This document shows positions 1 to 6,428 of a stretch of 24,621 nucleotides of DNA, one piece after another (within the stretch, counting starts at the first letter, position 1; each line of letters starts with the position of its first letter). Origin of the DNA: a bacterium (lineage in GTDB: Bacteria; Zhuqueibacterota; QNDG01; DSAB01); the NCBI GenBank assembly GCA_016931965.1, contig JAFGDT010000049.1, positions 1 through 24,621 of the forward strand. The letters are read 5' to 3'. A program made the translations under genes and the position numbers. The notes beneath the pieces are model-generated. The model was not told where the DNA came from. It did no database searches and saw nothing but the letters and a program-made list of their open reading frames with translations.

Positions 1-25
1 CAACAGATTTTGAGCTTGAATAATT

Positions 26-46
26 GAGGACTTTCAGTCCTTTTTT
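26..46 (+). terminator. Putative rho-independent terminator. Stem GGACT/AGTCC (extendable to about 7 bp with a flanking A-T and G-U), 3-nt loop TTC, then TTTTTT. An upstream in-frame stop (TGA at 25-27) suggests a + strand gene ends here.
   Basis: Read directly: gaGGACTttcAGTCCtttttt. The hairpin followed by a T6 run is the classical intrinsic-terminator layout. Confidence 0.4.
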
Positions 47-52
47 AAAAAC

Positions 53-73
53 CTATGCACTTTCAGTGCATAG
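53..73. promoter_or_regulatory. Perfect 9-bp-arm palindrome CTATGCACT-TTC-AGTGCATAG with the same central ACTTTCAGT as the hairpin at 28-40. Either a second terminator hairpin or a dimeric regulator/enhancer site.
   Basis: Read directly. Centre-to-centre distance to the first palindrome is 29 bp. It lies about 125 bp upstream of the sigma-54 -24 element at 187. Confidence 0.3.
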
Positions 74-186
74 TGGTTTAGTTTTTCTGGTTATATCGAT
101 ATCCTATTAAAGTTCATTTCTATTGTATTAAATATCAATGCATTACAAAGGATCTTTTTGTTCAAAAAAATACGACCAATCAAAGA

Positions 187-202
187 TGGCACTTCTTTTG
201 CC
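187..202 (+). promoter_or_regulatory. Sigma-54 (RpoN) type -24/-12 promoter, TGGCAC-N5-TTGCC. Predicted TSS near 213, upstream of the porin-amt-glnK-glnA operon.
   Basis: Sequence TGGCACttcttTTGCC: GG at 188-189 and GC at 200-201 give the canonical 12-nt GG-to-GC spacing. It is a near-perfect match to the consensus TGGCAC-N5-TTGCW, and the genes downstream are classical NtrC/sigma-54 targets. Confidence 0.5.
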
Positions 203-271
203 TGTTTTCTGTTCAATTTTGAATGAATGTACGTTGTATTTGAACGTTTGGTATGGTAAAGGAGAGCGCAC

Positions 272-982
272 ATGAGAAAAAATGGGGTAAGAAGTATGTT
301 GGTTTTGGTGATGGTCCTTCTTGTATTGGTTTTAGCGGACGTTTCTTTCTCCGAAGAATTCTGCATGTCTGGGGATTTCACATGGGTTTCGACTTATATA
401 TGGAGGGGGATCAGACAATTTGAAGGAAATACCCTACAAGGGATAATATCCGGTAACTGGAAATATCTATCATTTGGGGTCTGGTATTCCAGTGTTTCAT
501 TTGGAGATGGTACATTGATGGAAACAGATCCATTCTTGAATTTGTCTTTCAATAAGGGATCCTTATCTGGTGGTATCGGAATGACCTATTATAGCTACGA
601 TTTCAAAAAGTGGAATGGTTATGCAGATCACGAGATTGAACTGGCGGTCAATGCAGGTTTTTCTCCTGTCGGCATTTCAATCTATTACATTCCAAAACAG
701 GCCAGTACAAAAGGAGATCTCAAGTGTTCAAATTACTGGATTGAGTTGTCTTCGGCATCGAATACATTGGATATGCATTGGGGGATCATAATCGGTTATG
801 GAACTTATTCGAGTCGTTATCTGGAAATGCCCAAAAAAGAGGCAATCGGAAATGTAACATTATCTGCGCAAAAAGAGGTCATAGACCAACTCACTGTGGG
901 ATGGTATTATGAGATTCCGTTTAGAACCGATTTAGAGAACAGTTTCTGGATAAGTTGTTCACTATCCTACAAAATCGAATAA
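272..982 (+). CDS. Secreted or outer-membrane beta-barrel (porin-like) protein of 236 aa, first gene of the amt-glnK-glnA operon.
   Basis: N-terminal signal peptide (MRKNGVRSMLVLVMVLLVLVLADVSFS). Alternating aromatic/hydrophobic beta-strand-like segments (TYYSYDF, GISIYYIP, HWGIIIGYGTYS, TVGWYYEIPF, FWISCSLSYKIE). SD-like AAAGGAGAG before the ATG. The stop lies 22 nt before the amt ATG. Confidence 0.45.
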   Translation: MRKNGVRSMLVLVMVLLVLVLADVSFSEEFCMSGDFTWVSTYIWRGIRQFEGNTLQGIISGNWKYLSFGVWYSSVSFGDGTLMETDPFLNLSFNKGSLSGGIGMTYYSYDFKKWNGYADHEIELAVNAGFSPVGISIYYIPKQASTKGDLKCSNYWIELSSASNTLDMHWGIIIGYGTYSSRYLEMPKKEAIGNVTLSAQKEVIDQLTVGWYYEIPFRTDLENSFWISCSLSYKIE

Positions 983-1004
983 TTTGTTTTTTGAAGGAGT
1001 TGCT

Positions 1005-2321
1005 ATGAAATGTCTATTCTTTCTATTCATTTTTACATTGATTTTTACTATGCCGGTTATGGCTCAGGACATGAATATCGGATCGGTTAACGCCCTGGAT
1101 ACGTTATGGGTTTTGATTGCAGCTTTTCTCGTCTTTTTCATGCAAGCGGGATTCGGTATGGTCGAGGCAGGTCTTGTGCGTGCCAAGAATGCTGCCAATA
1201 TACTAATGAAAAACATGCTCGATTTTTGTATTGCTTCCATTGGTTTTTTTATTTTTGGTTATGCCTTGATGTTTGGTGGCAATGGCGCATTGCTTGGCAC
1301 GTATGGATGGTTTCTCAATGGAATCAAGGGGCCGGATGGATTACCATTGTATGCTTTCTGGATATTTCAGGCCGCATTTTGTGGGACAGCTGCAACGATT
1401 GTAGCCGGCGGCATGGCTGAGCGTATGAAATTTACGGCTTATCTCCTTTATTCCATTGTCATTTCCGCTTTTATATATCCAATAATTGGTCATTGGATTT
1501 GGGGAGGTGGATGGCTTTCAAACTTGAATTTTCATGATTTTGCAGGTTCGACAGTGGTCCATGTTACAGGCGGATTTGCAGCTCTTATCGGTACGATTTT
1601 GTTGAAACCCCGCATTGGGAAGTTCAACCCGGATGGTTCACCCAACTTTATAGCTGGACACAGTATGCCCCTGGTTGCATTGGGTGTCTTTATTCTTTGG
1701 TTAGGCTGGTTTGGTTTTAATCCAGGTTCCACGCTGGGGTTCGGGGATCCTGAATTGGTAGCCAGAGTGACGATCAACACCAATATTGCAGCGGCCTCAG
1801 GAGCCATTGCCGGTATGTTGCTCGCTTGGGGAAAATATGGTAAGCCTGATCTGGCTTTAACGTTAAATGGTGCTCTGGCGGGTCTGGTTGCCATTACTGC
1901 ACCTTGTGCCATTGTAACACCGATGATTGCCATCCTCATTGGGATCATAGCGGGTGTACTGTGTATATTTGGAGTCAGATGGCTTGATTTGTTGAAAGTC
2001 GATGATCCCGTTGGTGCTGTGGCTGTTCACGGTGTTAATGGCATATGGGGGACAGTGGCAGTCGGCTTATTTGGACAGGCTGTTCTGGGTGCTCCTCGTA
2101 ATGGATTGTTATTCGGCGGAGGATTTACGCAATTAGGAATTCAGGCTTTGGGTGTTGTTTCAGTTATCCTATTTGTGGTCGGATCGATGTGGATTGTGTT
2201 TAAAACGATCGATGCGATGGTAGGACTACGTGTGAGTGAAAAAGAAGAACTGCAAGGACTGGACATCGGTGAACACGGTATGGAATCCTACAGTGGTTTT
2301 GAAATCTTTACTACAGAATAA
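1005..2321 (+). CDS. amt: Ammonium transporter, Amt/MEP/Rh family. The ORF-track start at 984 is a TTG; the ATG at 1005 preceded by GAAGGAG is preferred.
   Basis: Cleavable signal peptide, then 11 TM-like segments. Family motifs LWVLIAAFLVFFMQAGF, DFAGSTVVH, GxxAERxKF and the conserved C-terminal GLRVSEKEELQGLDIGEHG. Confidence 0.9.
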   Translation: MKCLFFLFIFTLIFTMPVMAQDMNIGSVNALDTLWVLIAAFLVFFMQAGFGMVEAGLVRAKNAANILMKNMLDFCIASIGFFIFGYALMFGGNGALLGTYGWFLNGIKGPDGLPLYAFWIFQAAFCGTAATIVAGGMAERMKFTAYLLYSIVISAFIYPIIGHWIWGGGWLSNLNFHDFAGSTVVHVTGGFAALIGTILLKPRIGKFNPDGSPNFIAGHSMPLVALGVFILWLGWFGFNPGSTLGFGDPELVARVTINTNIAAASGAIAGMLLAWGKYGKPDLALTLNGALAGLVAITAPCAIVTPMIAILIGIIAGVLCIFGVRWLDLLKVDDPVGAVAVHGVNGIWGTVAVGLFGQAVLGAPRNGLLFGGGFTQLGIQALGVVSVILFVVGSMWIVFKTIDAMVGLRVSEKEELQGLDIGEHGMESYSGFEIFTTE

Positions 2322-2367
2322 AATGAAGATGTTTATATAAATGAATAAATTGAATGAGGATTATAAT

Positions 2368-2709
2368 ATGAAACTAATCGTCGCCATTATTCAGCCGCAT
2401 CAATTGCCGGCTGTGAAAAAGAGTCTGTACGAAAAGCAAGTATATAAAATTACAGTCAGTAACGTCCTCGGATGCGGAGAAGAAAAGGGATACCAGGAAT
2501 CATTTCGAGGCGTTCAACATGAGGTCGACCTGCTGAAAAAAATTCGTCTTGAAATCGCTGTGAATGAGGATTTTGTAGAGCCGACAATTGCCGCCGTCGT
2601 CGATGGTGCGCGAACCAATACCGTGGGTGATGGGAAAATATTTATTATGGATTTACAGGAGTGCATCCGTATACGCACCGGTGAACGGGGCAATCGTGCT
2701 ATTGGGTAG
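2368..2709 (+). CDS. glnK: Nitrogen regulatory protein P-II (GlnK/GlnB family), 113 aa, with a divergent T-loop. The ORF-track start at 2341 is probably too long; the ATG at 2368 follows GAGGA.
   Basis: N-terminal [11 protein letters not shown]-loop [10 protein letters not shown]-terminal IRIRTGE-GNRAIG. Position immediately after amt. In the T-loop ([19 protein letters not shown]) His replaces Tyr51 and EE replaces R38/Q39. Confidence 0.88.
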   Translation: MKLIVAIIQPHQLPAVKKSLYEKQVYKITVSNVLGCGEEKGYQESFRGVQHEVDLLKKIRLEIAVNEDFVEPTIAAVVDGARTNTVGDGKIFIMDLQECIRIRTGERGNRAIG

Positions 2710-2756
2710 ACTATTCATCTTGTACTTTATTCAGTGAAAATTGGAGAAGATCATTT

Positions 2757-4208
2757 ATGAATAATACATTATCTGGAAATGGACACAAGGTGACTCTCAG
2801 GGATTTACACAGACTGATTCAGGAGAATGAAATCCGATTTGTCGATTTTAAATTTGCCGATCTGTTGGGCAGTCTGCAGCACATCACGTTACCGATCGAT
2901 AAATTCGATGACAATATGTTCATCAATGGAATCGGATTCGATGGATCATCGATACGCGGATTTCAACTGATTCATGAAAGCGATATGCTCATCCGGCCTG
3001 TCCTGGATACGATGTTTGTCGATCCATTTATGGATGATCCTACTATTTCGTTTCTGTGCAATATCAAAGATCCCATTACGCAAAAAATCTATTCACGAGA
3101 TACACGGGCCGTTGCAGAACGGGCAGAATTATTTTTAGAGGCCAATCGCATTGCAGACAAGGCCTTTTTCGGACCCGAACTCGAATTTTTCATTTTTGAT
3201 GAAATACGGTATGATCAAAAAATCAACGAGGGATTTTATTTTGTTGATTCAGTCGAGGGGTCCTGGAATACGGGCAGAAAGGAAAATCCCAATCTCGGGT
3301 ATAAACCAAAAGCCAAAGGGGGCTATTTCCCCAGTCCTCCAGTGGACAGCTATCAAAACCTTAGATCAAAAATGGTCAGGGTTCTGATGGATGTGGGCGT
3401 CGATGCGGAACTGCACCATCACGAAGTGGCTTCGGGGGGTCAATCTGAGATCGGTATCCGGTTTAATACGATGGTGTTTCAAGGTGATCAGGCTCTAAAG
3501 TACAAGTATATCATTAAAAATGTGGCAAGTCGATTTGGTAAAACGGCAACATTTATGCCCAAGCCCATGTTTATGGACAATGGTTCCGGAATGCATGTTC
3601 ATGTCAGTTTATGGAAAAACGGCAGTAATCTCTTCTATGATCCAAAAGGATATGCGGAGCTTAGTGAAACGGCCATTCATTTTATTGGCGGTTTGTTGCG
3701 ACATGCGCCTGCCTTGTGTGCATTCTGCGCACCGACGACCAACAGTTACAGAAGGCTGGTTCCCGGTTTCGAAGCGCCCATCAATCTGGTCTATTCACAG
3801 AGAAACCGGAGCGCCTGTGTTCGAATTCCCATGTATACGGGAAGCGAGAAAGCGAAACGCCTGGAATTCAGAACACCCGATTCGTCCTCCAATCCCTATC
3901 TGGCATTTGCGGCGATTTTAATGGCCGGGATAGACGGTGTTCTGGAAAACATCGAGCCCCCTGCACCGATAGACGAGGATATCTATGAATTAATGCATCG
4001 GCCGGATGCCCCCAGTATTGAAAATACACCAGGATCACTGGAGGAAGCTTTAGATGCGCTGGAGGCGGATCATGTGTTTCTGTTGCGGGATCAGGTTTTT
4101 ACACAGGATCTCATTCAGGTCTGGCTGGATTATAAGCGGGAAAAAGAGGTGGATTATATCAGACTGCGTCCCCATCCCGGAGAATTTGCATTATACTATG
4201 ATGTGTAA
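2757..4208 (+). CDS. glnA: Glutamine synthetase type I, 483 aa.
   Basis: GSI N-terminal beta-grasp (RFVDFKFADLLGS) and catalytic-domain motifs ([65 protein letters not shown]). Tyr in the DIYE context where the GSI-beta adenylylation Tyr sits. Confidence 0.92.
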   Translation: MNNTLSGNGHKVTLRDLHRLIQENEIRFVDFKFADLLGSLQHITLPIDKFDDNMFINGIGFDGSSIRGFQLIHESDMLIRPVLDTMFVDPFMDDPTISFLCNIKDPITQKIYSRDTRAVAERAELFLEANRIADKAFFGPELEFFIFDEIRYDQKINEGFYFVDSVEGSWNTGRKENPNLGYKPKAKGGYFPSPPVDSYQNLRSKMVRVLMDVGVDAELHHHEVASGGQSEIGIRFNTMVFQGDQALKYKYIIKNVASRFGKTATFMPKPMFMDNGSGMHVHVSLWKNGSNLFYDPKGYAELSETAIHFIGGLLRHAPALCAFCAPTTNSYRRLVPGFEAPINLVYSQRNRSACVRIPMYTGSEKAKRLEFRTPDSSSNPYLAFAAILMAGIDGVLENIEPPAPIDEDIYELMHRPDAPSIENTPGSLEEALDALEADHVFLLRDQVFTQDLIQVWLDYKREKEVDYIRLRPHPGEFALYYDV

Positions 4209-4333
4209 ATCACGATATACTGTTGCATTATTATATTTTTATTGGTGATTATATAGATGACAGACCCAATTAAAAGGATTACATAATGAATAATAATTCA
4301 TCTTCTGTTTTAGATGACATTGATAAGGCAGAA

Positions 4334-4585
4334 TTAAAGATTTTTACGCTTCATCGCAAGGGACTTGATTGCAATGTTGTTAAGAACAGAAAGATCAAAA
4401 AGTAAATCAAATTTGCAATAGTAACTTTTGAATTGATCTTTTTTTATAGATGTTAAGTCCAATGATTCTGAATACTCATTTAATTGTTCATCATCTAAGA
4501 AAAACTTACATTCTGTTCTTTTGCATGAAGAAAAATTATTAAACGGACAATTTGCGTATGTTAGGTGTTCATAGTTTGATTTCAT
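4334..4585 (-). CDS. Hypothetical small protein of 83 aa with 4 Cys (MKSNYEHLTYANCPFNNFSSCKRTECKFF...YYCKF), convergent with glnA. May not be a real gene.
   Basis: Open frame in an AT-rich spacer. AAGGGA lies about 9 nt upstream of the ATG on the - strand. No recognisable family. The longer ORF-track version (to 4759) runs through the GC-rich structured element and is rejected. Confidence 0.25.
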   Translation of the reverse strand: MKSNYEHLTYANCPFNNFSSCKRTECKFFLDDEQLNEYSESLDLTSIKKDQFKSYYCKFDLLFDLSVLNNIAIKSLAMKRKNL

Positions 4586-4620
4586 TTTTTGTTTTCCCTT
4601 GTTGTTCTTTGAAATTATAA

Positions 4621-4838
4621 TTGGTCGGCAGGAACAGCCTTTACTACATCTATCATTGGAAAGTTGGCCAACGAGTTGGCACTTCCCGAATAGCTTGTTC
4701 TGGCAAACCATTCCGAACCTTATCCAATACCTCGGTACATCTGTACCGGAATGGCCCACTTAGTACCGTTAATACTAAATGGGATAGTTCGCATAAGAAC
4801 GAATTCTTAATTGGCCTATTTCGGAACTGCCGACCCCA
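4621..4838. ncRNA. Candidate structured non-coding RNA or RNA element of about 215 nt. Strand undetermined and not assignable to a known family from memory.
   Basis: A GC-enriched island inside a roughly 850-nt AT-rich spacer. Closing helix GGTCGGCAG (4623-4631) with CTGCCGACC (4827-4835). Nested helix CCATTCC (4708-4714) with GGAATGG (4749-4755), enclosing a perfect hairpin CGGTAC-ATCT-GTACCG (4733-4748). TTCCGAA (4711-4717) with TTCGGAA (4820-4826) and GGCCAA (4666-4671) with TTGGCC (4811-4816) are alternative pairings. The overlapping ORFs on either strand are not protein-like. Confidence 0.35.
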
Positions 4839-5000
4839 TGAACCGTCTTGCCAGATTGCCGATTATTAACGGTAATCGAATAAAGGACGGAAGCTCAAAA
4901 GTTTTGTTAACATAACAATTCTCCTTTGCTTCGGTTCATGTACGGGCTTAATTGCCCGTGAATTTATTGTATAACATTAAACATATAAAACATTTATTAA

Positions 5001-5029
5001 TTGTCAAGAGAAAAATTTGTATGATAAAT
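5001..5029 (+). promoter_or_regulatory. Possible sigma-70-like promoter for the flotillin operon: TTGTCA, 17-nt spacer, ATAAAT.
   Basis: Read directly, about 80 nt upstream of the flotillin ATG. A weak call in AT-rich DNA. Confidence 0.2.
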
Positions 5030-5109
5030 AAAGATTTTTAAAAAGGTAAAGATTATTGGGTTTGCGAAATATACAATCACCTTTTTATTTATCTTATAAG
5101 GAGGATCAA

Positions 5110-6408
5110 ATGGAACAAACAATCGGGTTCATTTTATTTGCAGGCGCTTTATTCATCATGCTCATCATCGTATTTGTGAAAGCGAACCTTGTGATCTGCC
5201 AACCCAATGAAGTGGTCATTATCGCAGGTAGAACCAAAAAAATGGCCGATGGCTCGATGCGAGGATATCGTATTCTGAGAGGAGGTCGCGGATTCAGAAG
5301 GCCGATCATCGAATCGGTTCGGCGGCTTTCCCTGAACGCGATGCCCATTGAGATTCGCTTGACCAAAGCCCTTTCGAAAGGCATCATTCCGATCAATATC
5401 GATGGACAGGCCAATGTTAAAATCGCCGGCAGTGAAGATGAGGGGTTGAATCATGCCATTGAGCGTTTTCTCGGGAAGAATCTGAATGAGATTGCTGCTG
5501 TCGCCAAAGAAACCATTGAAGGCAATTTACGGGGTCTTCTGGCCACGGTAACACCGGAGGAGGCCAATGCGCAAAGACTCAAACTGGCGGAAGCCGTCGT
5601 CGAAGAGGCCTCAGCGGATCTTCGAAAATTGGGACTTGTTCTCGATTTTGTAAAGATTCAAAATATCTCCGATGAACAAGGCTATCTGGAGGCTATCGGC
5701 CGACAAAAGAATGCGGAAGTTGTGAAGAATGCCAGAATTGCTGAAGCAACAGCTGAGGCGGAGGCCAAGATAGTCACCGCAGAGGAAAAAAGAAGAGGCA
5801 GCGTTGCTGAAGCCCAGGCACAAATGGAAATTGTCGAAGCGGAGAATCGGTTGTATGTGCACCGTTCCAGTCTGGAGTCGAAAAGCAACGAAGCACGGGA
5901 AAAGGCGAAAGTCGCTGGAGAAATCGCTCGAATAACCGAAGAAAAAAAATTGGAGGCAGAACGCATTCTTTTAAATGAGAAGAAGTACAGAGCCGAGGTC
6001 ATCATTCCAGCAGAAGCCGAAAAGAAAGCCAGTGAACTCAAAGCACGCGGTGAAGCAGCCAAAATATTGGAAGATGGAATAGCGACAGCCGAAGCCATTA
6101 AAAAAATGCAGGCCGAATGGAAAGATGGAAAAACCAGAGATCTTTTTCTCATTCAACTGTTGCCCGAACTGCTTGATAAAACGACGCGCGTGATCTCTGA
6201 TAATCTCCACATTGAAAAACTGACCATTCTGGACTCCGGCAATGGAGATGGTCTGCCAAATCATGTGAAAAATATAACAGGCGCGGCCATCTCTGTCATT
6301 GAACAATTGAAAAATGCGACAGGCTTGGATTTACCCGGCTTGTTGAGTTCGGTTGCCAATCATAAATCAAAAAAGGAGACTGTTATACCCAAAGAATTAT
6401 CCAAATAA
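5110..6408 (+). CDS. Flotillin-family SPFH/band-7 membrane-scaffold protein (FloT/YuaG-like). The ATG at 5110 with a strong AAGGAGGA SD is preferred over the track start at 5056.
   Basis: N-terminal TM helix (IGFILFAGALFIMLIIVFV). SPFH core. A long Ala/Glu-rich coiled-coil (AEATAEAEAKIVTAEEKRR...AEAEKKASELKARGEAAKILEDG) typical of flotillins. Confidence 0.85.
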   Translation: MEQTIGFILFAGALFIMLIIVFVKANLVICQPNEVVIIAGRTKKMADGSMRGYRILRGGRGFRRPIIESVRRLSLNAMPIEIRLTKALSKGIIPINIDGQANVKIAGSEDEGLNHAIERFLGKNLNEIAAVAKETIEGNLRGLLATVTPEEANAQRLKLAEAVVEEASADLRKLGLVLDFVKIQNISDEQGYLEAIGRQKNAEVVKNARIAEATAEAEAKIVTAEEKRRGSVAEAQAQMEIVEAENRLYVHRSSLESKSNEAREKAKVAGEIARITEEKKLEAERILLNEKKYRAEVIIPAEAEKKASELKARGEAAKILEDGIATAEAIKKMQAEWKDGKTRDLFLIQLLPELLDKTTRVISDNLHIEKLTILDSGNGDGLPNHVKNITGAAISVIEQLKNATGLDLPGLLSSVANHKSKKETVIPKELSK

Positions 6409-6428
6409 GTACTGAAGTGAGATAACAC

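Noticed and set aside
229-252. ACGTT ... AACGTT repeat between the sigma-54 promoter and the porin start as a GlnR/TnrA-type operator
   Set aside because: It does not fit TGTNA-N7-TNACA. It lies in the 5' UTR of a sigma-54 transcript and is too short to distinguish from chance.
91-381. 96-aa - strand ORF overlapping the sigma-54 promoter and the porin start
   Set aside because: It is antisense to a promoter/5' region, low-complexity and has no RBS.
1106-1948. ORFs 1106-1420 (+) and 1532-1948 (-) inside amt
   Set aside because: Off-frame or antisense shadows of a well-supported gene with biased composition.
4287-4310. Weak hairpin ATGAAT-AATA-ATTCAT followed by CTTCTGTTTT as the glnA terminator
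   Set aside because: The stem is only 6 AT pairs, too weak to call. glnA termination remains unassigned.
4700-4720. 12-nt identity GGCAAACCATTC to the Vc2 c-di-GMP-I (GEMM) aptamer
   Set aside because: The rest of the GEMM consensus (GAAA tetraloop, GACGCAAAGCC) is absent. The CCATTCC segment instead pairs with GGAATGG 35 nt downstream.
4623-4835. Long-range 9-bp inverted repeat interpreted as retron a1/a2 repeats
   Set aside because: There is no reverse-transcriptase gene anywhere in the window.
4621-4869. ORF-track CDS 4621-4869 (+) and the N-terminal extension of the 4334-4759 (-) ORF
   Set aside because: The translations are not protein-like. The region is better explained by nested RNA helices, and the flanking DNA is AT-rich non-coding.
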